Part shown: one piece after another, positions 28,247 to 36,401 of the stretch
How the letters are laid out: every line of letters starts with the position of its first letter
Position numbering within the stretch: the first letter of the stretch is position 1
IMG/VR virus record: IMGVR_UViG_3300036466_000505
Location: 1-53,028 of that record
Length of the DNA stretch: 53,028 nt
DNA from: a virus
Taxonomy: Duplodnaviria; Caudoviricetes
Reading direction: 5' to 3' (one strand)
Program-made: the position numbers and the translations under genes
Notes under the pieces: generated by a model
The model's database searches: none
What the model was told of the DNA's origin: nothing
The model's input: only the letters and a program-made list of their open reading frames with translations

Positions 28247-28453
28247 ATGAAAACGATCACTGACATAGATTTCGCGGCCCTGCGGGACCGCTACGGCTCA
28301 CACCAGGCAGTGGCCGATGCGCTGGGGATTTCCGCCCGCCAATATCACAACCTGCGGACCGGTCGGGGCGCGGTATCCAGACGACTTAAAGCGCATCTGC
28401 TCCTTTTTGCACAGTCTTCCCGGTTCGGGGTGACAGATAGTGTACATGAATAA
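28247..28453 (+). CDS. Cro-like HTH protein
   Basis: YGSHQAVADALGISARQYHNLRTG. Confidence 0.8.
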   Translation: MKTITDIDFAALRDRYGSHQAVADALGISARQYHNLRTGRGAVSRRLKAHLLLFAQSSRFGVTDSVHE

Positions 28454-28557
28454 TTTCCGATTCCCGCGAGCGGGGCCGACTCGGGACTGCAGGCACGGGC
28501 ATCGCGTCCCTCGGTATGCAGTCTGATAGGATATCGGTCCATGACAACCTCCTTTTG

Positions 28558-28580
28558 GGGCCCGGGTTCCGGGCCCTTTG
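28558..28580 (+). terminator. tR1-like hairpin after the cro-like gene
   Basis: GGGCCCGG-gtt-CCGGGCCC followed by TTT. Confidence 0.55.
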
Positions 28581-28627
28581 TGTATCTATCGGGCTTTTGT
28601 AAACCATATAATACGCGGAGAACAGAA

Positions 28628-29293
28628 ATGAAAGTGGTTCACCAGAAAGTTTCGGTTTTATGGTGTCCGCCGATCCCGCTGGAGCGGATCGAGGAGGCGG
28701 GGCGGACATCGTATCTGAGCCAGGACAAGATGACGGACGGATCGGCCAAAAAGTTTACAGACCGGCTGGTTCGGCTCGGGCACGACTCTGTTTTGGAACA
28801 TGTGTCCATGTCGCTGCATTTTTTGACAAATATCGGCGTGGGGCGGGAGCTTTTACGGCACAGGCATACGTCCCCGACAGAGCAGTCCACCCGGTACGTC
28901 AATTTTTCCGGCCGGGAGATGCGCTTTATCGAGCCTGTCTGGTGGGATGAATGGTCGGCCGAAGAACAGGCAATCTGGACCTGGCAGATGGTCGAGGCCG
29001 AAAAAGCGTATCGTCGATTGATCAAAGCCGGGAGTTCGCCCCAGAAAGCCCGGGAGGTGCTGCCGCTGGCTCTGGCTACAGAAATTGCGTTGACCGCAAA
29101 CCTTCGGGAGTGGCGGCACATTTTTGCACTGCGGGCGCTGGGCACCACGGGGAAACCGCACCCGCAGATGCAGGCGCTTATGGCTCAGGCGTTGGATATG
29201 TGCGCCGCGCTGGTGCCGGTGGTTTTTGACGACCTGGTGGCCGCGGCCCGTATTGCCGGGCTGCTGCCGATCGGCGGGGAGGCTCCATGCTGA
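28628..29293 (+). CDS. thyX: Flavin-dependent thymidylate synthase
   Basis: GHDSVLEH; RELLRHR-x7-STRY (RHRx7S motif); NLREWRH. Confidence 0.95.
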   Translation: MKVVHQKVSVLWCPPIPLERIEEAGRTSYLSQDKMTDGSAKKFTDRLVRLGHDSVLEHVSMSLHFLTNIGVGRELLRHRHTSPTEQSTRYVNFSGREMRFIEPVWWDEWSAEEQAIWTWQMVEAEKAYRRLIKAGSSPQKAREVLPLALATEIALTANLREWRHIFALRALGTTGKPHPQMQALMAQALDMCAALVPVVFDDLVAAARIAGLLPIGGEAPC

Positions 29294-29517
29294 TACAAGA
29301 GCAGGACCGGGCACTGGAAGAACTCCCGGGGCAGGTGGCCCTGATCCGGGAGATGGCTGCGGCGGTGCGGACAGAACTGGATGCCCGGCTCGGGGCGGAC
29401 CTGCTGTTCCGCGATTCGGGCGAGCTGGACCGGCTGTGCAGAGGGGTGGGCAGTCTTGCCGAGGAGCTGAATTACTTGCAGGCGCTGAACCGGGTTTTTA
29501 GCCGTGCGGCCGAATAA
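29287..29517 (+). CDS. Hypothetical coiled-coil protein
   Basis: SD GGAGG; overlaps both neighbours. Confidence 0.6.
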   Translation: MLIQEQDRALEELPGQVALIREMAAAVRTELDARLGADLLFRDSGELDRLCRGVGSLAEELNYLQALNRVFSRAAE

Positions 29518-30850
29518 CAACGACCGACTGCAAACACCCGGCAGCGTCCCGAGCGGGGCTGCGGTGCCGCCGCACAACCTGCAGGCCGAACAAGGTGTTC
29601 TGGGCGCGGTGTTCCGGTCCCAGGACGTGCTCGATTCGGTCCGCTTGCGCGCTGACGATTTTTACGAGCCGCGGCACCAGCAGGTATGGACAGCAATGCT
29701 TGAGGCCCGCCAGCAGGGACATGCCTGTGACCTGGTCACGGTCCTGGACCGGCTGACCCGGTCCGGGATCGACGCGGACCCGAGCTACCTGACACAGCTG
29801 GCAGACTCTTCGGCCCTGGCCGGCCGGGCTGCGGATTACGCGGAACTGGTCACTGACTGCGCTGTCCGGCGCACGCTGATCCAGCGCTCGTACGAAATGG
29901 CCCATGCGGCCCAGGACCTGGCGCACCCCTTGGAGGAGGCCGCAGCCATGGCCCAGGGGCTGGCGGACGCGGCGTGCGAAACCCGGTTCGACGAGTCCGG
30001 GCAGGCCCCGCCCCAGGTCTGTGCCGGATTTCTGGAGTACCTGGAGCGGATCCAGGAGCAGGTGGGAGTGGGCATCCAGACCCAGTTCGAGGGGCTGAAC
30101 CGGCTCACCGGGGGGTTTTTCCCGGGGGAGGTGACTATTCTGGCAGCCCGTCCCGGGTGCGGCAAGACAGCAATGGCCCTGAATCTGGGCATGTACTCTC
30201 TGGTACAGGATCATCCTATCGGGATTTTTTCGCTGGAGATGCCAAAAAACGCGCTTCTGGCCCGGCTCTGCGCTGCGGCCTGCGATGTGGACGCGCAAGC
30301 ATTTCGAACCGGGCAGTTTCGAGGTGGAGAAATCGAGGCAATGCAGGGATTTATGGACAAGCTGTCGCAGCGGACGTGGCGGGTCTACGACCGGACCGGC
30401 CTGACCGTGACTGAGATGCGCAGCCAGGCCCGGCGCTGGAAGCGGGAGATGGGGGTGGAGATGCTCATCCTGGACTATCTGCAGCTGATCAAGCCGGACC
30501 GCAGGGGCGGCAGTAGGGAGCAGGAGGTGGCCGAGGCGTCCCGGTCCATCAAAGAGATGGCGTTGGAGCTGGACGTGCCGGTCCTGCTGCTGGCCCAGCT
30601 CAACCGGGAGGCCGAGAAATCCGCAAAACCGATGCTGTCCCATCTGCGGGAGTCAGGATCTGTCGAACAGGATGCGGATATCGTGCTGTTTTTGTCTGGC
30701 ATGTCCGCCGGAGTCGGCGGGGACGTGGCCCAGGTGGACCTGGACGTGGCGAAAGGGCGGAGTAACAGTTGCGGGGGGGTGAAACTGAATTTTCTCCGGC
30801 GGTTTTTGAGGTTTGAGGAGCGGATGGAGGAAAACGGAAATGGGTATTGA
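29504..30850 (+). CDS. dnaB: Replicative DNA helicase
   Basis: PPHNLQAEQGVLG, AARPGCGKT, DYLQL, LRESGSVEQDAD. Confidence 0.96.
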   Translation: MRPNNNDRLQTPGSVPSGAAVPPHNLQAEQGVLGAVFRSQDVLDSVRLRADDFYEPRHQQVWTAMLEARQQGHACDLVTVLDRLTRSGIDADPSYLTQLADSSALAGRAADYAELVTDCAVRRTLIQRSYEMAHAAQDLAHPLEEAAAMAQGLADAACETRFDESGQAPPQVCAGFLEYLERIQEQVGVGIQTQFEGLNRLTGGFFPGEVTILAARPGCGKTAMALNLGMYSLVQDHPIGIFSLEMPKNALLARLCAAACDVDAQAFRTGQFRGGEIEAMQGFMDKLSQRTWRVYDRTGLTVTEMRSQARRWKREMGVEMLILDYLQLIKPDRRGGSREQEVAEASRSIKEMALELDVPVLLLAQLNREAEKSAKPMLSHLRESGSVEQDADIVLFLSGMSAGVGGDVAQVDLDVAKGRSNSCGGVKLNFLRRFLRFEERMEENGNGY

Positions 30851-30865
30851 GCCAGGGGGGCACGC

Positions 30866-31465
30866 ATGTTGATCATAGGAATATCCGGCAAGATAGGCAC
30901 CGGCAAAACCGAGCTGACAAAACTACTGATGGAGCGGCTGGGCAAAGGCTGTGCGCGCCTGGCGTTCGGGGACGCGCTCAAGCGGGAATGCGCAGAGCGA
31001 TACAACTTTGACCTGGCGTTGTGTTACTCCCAGGAGGGCAAGCTGAAACACCTTCTGCACCCGGACCTCCCTGGCGGCTGTATGCAGGTCCGGGAGATCC
31101 TGCAGTGGCACGGGCAGAAAAGGAGACGCGAGCACCCCGGGTACTGGGTCGGAAGATGGGCGGCCCTGCTCCAGGAGCTGCCGGACGACACCACGTGTCT
31201 GTTTGTAGACGACGTGCGGTATCCGGACGAAAAAAACGCGGTGGAGCATCGGCATGGGTTTTGCGTGCGCCTGAACCCGTGGCCGGGCTGGGTGCCGGGA
31301 CCGTATGCCGGCCATGAGAGCGAGACAGCGCTGGACGCCTATGCATGGCACGAGTGGGCGGAACATCCGACTCGGACACAGGACGACCTTTTGCTCCTGG
31401 CTGACCGCGTGGAAAAGACGGCGAGGGAATGGGAGGAAACGCAGGGGTGGGGGTTTGTAGACTGA
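30866..31465 (+). CDS. Deoxynucleoside monophosphate kinase-like protein
   Basis: IGISGKIGTGK, AFGDALK, REILQ, DDVRYPDE, HESETALD. Confidence 0.88.
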   Translation: MLIIGISGKIGTGKTELTKLLMERLGKGCARLAFGDALKRECAERYNFDLALCYSQEGKLKHLLHPDLPGGCMQVREILQWHGQKRRREHPGYWVGRWAALLQELPDDTTCLFVDDVRYPDEKNAVEHRHGFCVRLNPWPGWVPGPYAGHESETALDAYAWHEWAEHPTRTQDDLLLLADRVEKTAREWEETQGWGFVD

Positions 31466-31638
31466 AGGGGGAGCTATGGCTCTGTGCAGAGAGCAGGTAG
31501 GCGGAGGGTGTGCAAAGGGAAAGGTTCGAAAGTGGTTTAAAAATCAAATGGCGAGGTTTATGCGGCGGGAGTGGAAGCGGAACGGGGAGGAGGCGCTGAG
31601 GCGAAGGAGATATAAGGGGTGGTCGGATTGAGAGAGGG

Positions 31639-31680
31639 GCCGGTCATCACCCGGAAGGGGGTGGTGACCGGCTTTGTTGT
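31639..31680. terminator. Terminator between convergent operons
   Basis: GCCGGTCATCAC...GTGGTGACCGGC followed by TTTGTT. Confidence 0.7.
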
Positions 31681-31686
31681 GTAAGG

Positions 31687-32079
31687 TTAAAGGTGGTGGC
31701 TACTTTTTTCCCCGAGGTTAGATTGTTCAACCCAGTCTCTCAGGGCGACGACACAGAGAAACGGCATCTCTTCGTCAAGCAGGTCACCCAGGTCTTCGTC
31801 TTTGCGCCGCACCAGCTGCACCAATTCGTTTGCCGCGTTACTGGCGGCAAGAAAGCTGCTGGGATCAAAGCTTTTCAGCTGCCCTTTTATAGACAGGATC
31901 GTGGCCACCTGGTCGGCGGTGAGCCGGTCCATGGCGTCGGTCTCTGCGCCATCAAGCAGAGACCAGAGCAGGCCCAAATCGTTCTGGATCTGGGCCGACC
32001 TCTTTCGGCCGGACCGGGCGGAGCGGGTGTCGAGTGTTTTGAGGGTTTCCGCCGGGGCGGAGAACGAAGCGGTGGGCAT
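31687..32079 (-). CDS. Hypothetical protein
   Basis: SD AAGGAG; 130 aa. Confidence 0.65.
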   Translation of the reverse strand: MPTASFSAPAETLKTLDTRSARSGRKRSAQIQNDLGLLWSLLDGAETDAMDRLTADQVATILSIKGQLKSFDPSSFLAASNAANELVQLVRRKDEDLGDLLDEEMPFLCVVALRDWVEQSNLGEKSSHHL

Positions 32080-32091
32080 GTGGGGGCTCCT

Positions 32092-32412
32092 TTAGTTTTC
32101 TGTGTTCGGGTATTTTTCAACCAGATCGTTTTCTTTTGCCATTTCTTCTAAAACGTAATCAGGAATTGTGACGCCAAATTCAGCACATTTGGCAATGACA
32201 GCATCACGGGTCATATCCTGATATTCCAGCTGAAGATTGGAGAAGAGAAGGCTGTCGTTTACTCTGTCCTCAATGCTGAGATAGTAAGATTTTATGATAT
32301 AAATGGGATGGTTGTGATAATTCCATTCCCAGCCCACAAGGATTTCCAGGTTTTTATGAAAAAACCAATAACGACCTTGGTCTTTTGTGCTTTTTTGTTT
32401 TTGCAAATTCAT
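32092..32412 (-). CDS. Hypothetical protein (AT-rich)
   Basis: GGAGG upstream of MNLQKQK. Confidence 0.65.
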   Translation of the reverse strand: MNLQKQKSTKDQGRYWFFHKNLEILVGWEWNYHNHPIYIIKSYYLSIEDRVNDSLLFSNLQLEYQDMTRDAVIAKCAEFGVTIPDYVLEEMAKENDLVEKYPNTEN

Positions 32413-32478
32413 AAACCCTCCAAGGTTCGAGGTTAAAGTTCCTGCCTTCATTGCCGCCCCGAAGGGCGGTTATTGAAA

Positions 32479-32691
32479 TCAGGAATAATCGCTGACGTTG
32501 ACCAGCTCTTCTTCGGGTTCCCCTTCCGGGCGGTGTCGGTGGATGATGCGGATAGTTTTGTAATTAAACATTTTGGCGGAACTCATAACGCCTGCCCATG
32601 TTTTTGCGTTGTCACAAGTGCCATCGTTGTAATCTACATCATAAAGATTTCCTGCAACGCGAATTGCGGTAAGAGCTTTCTGTGAGGTCAT
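32479..32691 (-). CDS. Hypothetical protein
   Basis: SD AGGAGG; 70 aa. Confidence 0.65.
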   Translation of the reverse strand: MTSQKALTAIRVAGNLYDVDYNDGTCDNAKTWAGVMSSAKMFNYKTIRIIHRHRPEGEPEEELVNVSDYS

Positions 32692-32768
32692 GCTGTCCTC
32701 CTGGTTTGGGTTAAAATTCCGATTCCATTCCCAGCCCCGATAGTTCGGGGCTGGTTTGGGGCCGGAAT

Positions 32769-33332
32769 TTAATCGTCAATCTGGTCACAATCAACAATCA
32801 CCGATTCCAGCCGCATGCTCCAGTTAATATCACCCCAGTCGCCGGTTTCGTCGACCAATGCCTGATCTTCAGGGGTGGTGCGGTAAGCCACCTTGACCGG
32901 CACTCCGTCGATTTCGGCGTCTTCTGACCATTCCGGGTATTCAAAGTTTTCGTCCCCGGGAATAAGTCGGTTGGTGAACTCAGCGCCGCTGCCGTTCTCG
33001 AGCATGCCAAAAAGTTCGGCAGGGGCGGTGTTTTCGATTATCTTTTCAATATAATCTACCAGGTCACTCCGGTCAAAATCCACCAGTCCATTTCTTTCTG
33101 TCCAGATGTCAGACATGCCGTCGAACCCAAATTCTTTGACGTGATAATAGTATCTCTCGGCCATTGGTTTAGCTGTAAAGCCGGAGTTGCCGTCTTCCAG
33201 GAGGCTTTCCATATCCTGGTACCCTGCCCCATCCAGAGCGTCTTCGACGGCCGCTTCTTCGGTCTGGCCGATACCATAGATGGTTGCGCCTGTTTCGTTG
33301 CCGATTGCTGCAAAAAATTTCTGTGCTGCCAT
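32769..33332 (-). CDS. Highly acidic hypothetical protein
   Basis: SD GAGGAGG; D/E-rich, 187 aa. Confidence 0.75.
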   Translation of the reverse strand: MAAQKFFAAIGNETGATIYGIGQTEEAAVEDALDGAGYQDMESLLEDGNSGFTAKPMAERYYYHVKEFGFDGMSDIWTERNGLVDFDRSDLVDYIEKIIENTAPAELFGMLENGSGAEFTNRLIPGDENFEYPEWSEDAEIDGVPVKVAYRTTPEDQALVDETGDWGDINWSMRLESVIVDCDQIDD

Positions 33333-33413
33333 GGTGTTTCCTCCTCTTATCTCGGGCCCCGGGAATCAGGGCCTGCTTATTGTTTGGAAGAAGGGGCCGG
33401 AGCCCCTGTATTT

Positions 33414-33599
33414 TTAATCGTCGTCTTCGGTGATTTTATATTCACCGACAATGTCGCCATTGTAGTCTCGGAGTATTCCGTTCCATGCGTACCCATCCCT
33501 GATTTTGTTGGCCAGATCATCCAAGATTCTGGCGACTTCCGTCCGTGGCATATCGGCAAACACGTCGCCGTTGCATCTAAATTTTACGATGAATTCCAT
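33414..33599 (-). CDS. Small conserved-looking phage protein
   Basis: SD GAGGAGG; EVARIL..LA.KI...LRDYNGDIVG. Confidence 0.7.
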   Translation of the reverse strand: MEFIVKFRCNGDVFADMPRTEVARILDDLANKIRDGYAWNGILRDYNGDIVGEYKITEDDD

Positions 33600-33802
33600 A
33601 GTTGATCCTCCTCGTATCTGCGGACCGCGGGGTTGCTGTCCGCCCATTCTTTGGAGTAATTTGGCGCGTATTGGATGATCATCTCACCTTGCCTCGCCGT
33701 CCCGCCCCGCGGGGTTTGTCTCGATCAACTTGCCTTTACAATACAGCCTATCAACACTTTGTCAACACTTTTTTAATAAAAAAATGATAAAAGGTGCTAA
33801 CT

Positions 33803-34024
33803 ATGCGAACGAAAAAGCAAAAGCCATGTGAAATTTGTCGGGATATTCGGTGCCTGGGGAGCCAGGGGACTTGTTTTGGCTGGGTGTACTGGGGTTTGCC
33901 GGTCCGGAACAAGGTTCCGTCCGCGGCAAAAGGAAAAGCGGCGGCCGAGCTGCAGTCCTGCCCGTACGAAAGGCAAGCGCTGGCGTGGATCGGCGTCCGG
34001 CCGGAGTCGCCGCTGAAATTGTAA
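33803..34024 (+). CDS. Small Cys-rich protein
   Basis: AAGGTG upstream; CxxC/C pattern. Confidence 0.45.
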   Translation: MRTKKQKPCEICRDIRCLGSQGTCFGWVYWGLPVRNKVPSAAKGKAAAELQSCPYERQALAWIGVRPESPLKL

Positions 34025-34047
34025 ATTGCGTATTTTCGGGGCCGATG

Positions 34048-34066
34048 ATAGGAACTGTATTCCTAT
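34048..34066. promoter_or_regulatory. Operator-like inverted repeat ATAGGAA-ctgta-TTCCTAT upstream of the second rep gene
   Basis: Shares 15 bp (GGCCGATGATAGGAA) with the reverse complement of the cro promoter operator region. Confidence 0.7.
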
Positions 34067-34092
34067 TTCCAGACAAAAAAAAGCGGGACTCT

Positions 34093-35058
34093 ATGATTAA
34101 GTCTAATTTTCTGCGGCTGCTCGGCAGACCGCTGCAGCTGCAGGCGTACTGCTGGCTACTCTCTCGCGTCGATGAAAACGGCATTGCAGACGCTTCGCCG
34201 ACAGCCCTGGCAGCTGCTCTCGACGAGACTCTACGGCGTGCAAAATACGCACTCAAAAGCCTAAAAAAGGAGGGGATGATCCGTCCCTCGGGGCGGGGTC
34301 AGGTCTCTCTCGGGAGTGGCGCTTTTGTCCCTTTTGTGTCCCAAAGTTTGTCCCAAAATTTGTCCCACCCAGACACATCTTATGTCTCTGGGTTTATTGA
34401 CGATAATCGGCCCGACAAAGACGGAAATTGTCCTTCTTTTTGTCCCTCTTTTTGTCCTTCGAGTGTCCCTTCTCTTGAAACCGGCCCCGCCCCGGCTGCT
34501 TTTTCGGCTGCTCAACGTCCTTTCTGTGTCCCTCCTGAAGCGCCGGAAGGGCCTGGAATGACAGAGGAAAAACAGAACCAAAAAGGTATGGAGTGTCCTT
34601 CGAGCGTCCTTTCTGAGCAAAAATCCGGGAGAGAGTCTTATAAGAGTAAAAAAAGAAAAGAATCTCTCCCGGCAGAAAAATGGATGGATTTATCCGCCCG
34701 GTGGGTCGAGGATTCGAAAAAGCGTCATCCATCAAAAACCAGGTCATACGGACGGAGTCACATTCTCGCCGGGGCTCGAGCCCTGGAATCGTTGGCGGAG
34801 AAATGGAAATATGATTGGGAGACCGAGATTCGTCCCGTACTTCTGTGGGCCAGGCAGGATTCTTTTTGGTCCCCGCAGATTTTATCTTTGGGGGGATTAG
34901 CTAAGCGCCGGGAAAACGGGGCTTTAAAATTTGAAAATGTCGCTGCAAAAATGGAACAGGCCACCAGTAGTCAATCTGTTCGACAGGTCGAGACCATCAG
35001 CTTGGACGAATACCGGGCCCAGAGCGGAGGTAAGATCAAAAATTCGATCGCTTTCTGA
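34093..35058 (+). CDS. Putative lytic replication initiator (lambda O-like layout: wHTH, repeat-rich linker, C-terminal domain)
   Basis: wHTH-like LAAALDETLRRAKYALKSLKKEGMI; WARQDSFWSPQILS motif typical of phage Rep C-termini; TGTCC repeats in the linker. Confidence 0.65.
   Translation: MIKSNFLRLLGRPLQLQAYCWLLSRVDENGIADASPTALAAALDETLRRAKYALKSLKKEGMIRPSGRGQVSLGSGAFVPFVSQSLSQNLSHPDTSYVSGFIDDNRPDKDGNCPSFCPSFCPSSVPSLETGPAPAAFSAAQRPFCVPPEAPEGPGMTEEKQNQKGMECPSSVLSEQKSGRESYKSKKRKESLPAEKWMDLSARWVEDSKKRHPSKTRSYGRSHILAGARALESLAEKWKYDWETEIRPVLLWARQDSFWSPQILSLGGLAKRRENGALKFENVAAKMEQATSSQSVRQVETISLDEYRAQSGGKIKNSIAF
34323..34612. repeat. Iteron-like TGTCC(C/T) repeats inside the second rep gene
   Basis: About 10 copies, partly at 12-bp spacing (TTTTGTCCC, TTTGTCCC, TTTTTGTCCT, GAGTGTCCC). 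Confidence 0.7.
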
Positions 35059-35207
35059 ATCCCGGGCGAAAGCCAGTAAAAACGGGATGAAGAGGGGAAA
35101 AATGCCGGGAATGAGGGAGAAACTCGGAAGGGGAGAGGGAGAAGTGAGGGAGTGAGGGAATAAAAACGGGAGGTTGCCCGGGCTGGTGAGGTTCGGGATG
35201 GTGACAG

Positions 35208-35235
35208 AGCCGGGAGCGATCCCGGCTTTTGTTGT
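35208..35235 (+). terminator. Intrinsic terminator
   Basis: AGCCGGGA-gcga-TCCCGGCT followed by a T-rich tail. Confidence 0.75.
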
Positions 35236-35330
35236 TTCTGGGCGCCTGATCCTTTTCTCGGCGGCAAAGAGAAGATCAGGCCGAAGTCGAGGTGGATCCA
35301 GAGCCGGTTTCGTTGGCGGGGAAAAGAAGG

Positions 35331-35445
35331 TGTCCAAAAAGTAAGACTTTTGAAACGACGATCACCCCGCCGTCGTTGCTTGTTTCTAAACGCCTGTTGC
35401 TTCTTTTGAAACAGGGTGCTACGATAAGTCTAGACATTTCGGACA
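35331..35445. promoter_or_regulatory. Putative res site (three resolvase-binding subsites)
   Basis: TGTCCAAAA...TTTTGAAAC; TGTTTCTAAA...TTTTGAAACA; ...TTTCGGACA, directly upstream of the resolvase gene. Confidence 0.6.
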
Positions 35446-35464
35446 AACAAAAGGAGGTTTTGAG

Positions 35465-36034
35465 ATGGCAGGACAGACGATTGGCTACATCAGGGTCAGT
35501 TCAGTGGACCAGCACTTGGACAGACAGGAAGAATCATTAGCGCAGGTGTCTCCGGACCGGGTTTTTTCGGATAAAGCCAGCGGTAAAGATGCAAAGCGCC
35601 CAGGGCTGCAAGAATGCCTTGGGTATTTGCGGTCCGGAGACACCTGGGTTGTACACTCGATCGATCGGGCGGCCAGAAGTCTCCAGGACCTGCAGGCCAT
35701 AGTTCAGGACCTCACGGCCCGGGGCGTGACGGTCCGGTTTATCAAAGAGGGGCTGACCTTTTCCCCTGACGGAGCTGGCGCAGCCATGGACAAACTGCTG
35801 TTTCAGGTGCTCGGGGCTTTCGCCGAGTTCGAAAGATCGCTGATCAAAGAGCGGCAGGCCGAGGGGATCAAGGCGGCCAAGGCCAAGGGCACCAGGTTCG
35901 GCCGCACTCCGTCGCTTTCTTCGGAGCAGCTCCAGGAGGTCAAGGACCGAGCAGCAGCAGGCGAGACGCACACAGCCATCGCCAAGAGCCTGGGCGTCAG
36001 CCGCCAGACCGTCTGGAGAGCAGCCAAAGCATGA
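35465..36034 (+). CDS. Small serine recombinase (resolvase/invertase family)
   Basis: GYIRVSS, SGK, DRAARS, AEFERSLIKERQAEG, C-terminal HTH; SD AAGGAGG. Confidence 0.96.
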   Translation: MAGQTIGYIRVSSVDQHLDRQEESLAQVSPDRVFSDKASGKDAKRPGLQECLGYLRSGDTWVVHSIDRAARSLQDLQAIVQDLTARGVTVRFIKEGLTFSPDGAGAAMDKLLFQVLGAFAEFERSLIKERQAEGIKAAKAKGTRFGRTPSLSSEQLQEVKDRAAAGETHTAIAKSLGVSRQTVWRAAKA

Positions 36035-36244
36035 CAGCAGGAGGGGGCTTCCACCAGGCACCCCCCCCGCACCCTACCCCCCCCCACCCCCCGCGGGTGG
36101 TCCGCGATCGATCGCCTTCCTGTAGTATCTGTGCGCAGTCTCACGAGCAGGTCGTTTTTGCCAAACCCATTCGAGATTGGTCGTAGAATTCCAAAAAATA
36201 TAGCTGGAAATTTTTGCCTGAACCGGTTCCCGTACCGAGGGAAG

Positions 36245-36318
36245 GGAAAGTTTTTCCTCGTTTTTTGTTCAAACCTCCCGTCTTTTACTGGACAGCCGGA
36301 ACCGTGTTCCGGTATAGT
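36245..36318 (+). promoter_or_regulatory. Promoter TGGACA-N18-TATAGT with operators at 36245-36257 and 36298-36310, upstream of the terminase
   Basis: tggaca gccggaaccgtgttccgg tatagt. Confidence 0.7.
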
Positions 36319-36401
36319 CCCCAAAGTTGAGGCGAAAGAGAGAAGGCAGCGGCCCAGGGCTGTGGGCGACGGTCGTAAAAAAACAATCGAGGCGACAGGC
36401 A

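Noticed and set aside
35465-36034. Serine recombinase as an integrase or tail-fibre invertase
   Set aside because: It is too short for a large serine integrase, far from the fibre genes, and I saw no inverted crossover sites. The upstream res-like subsites favour a resolvase.
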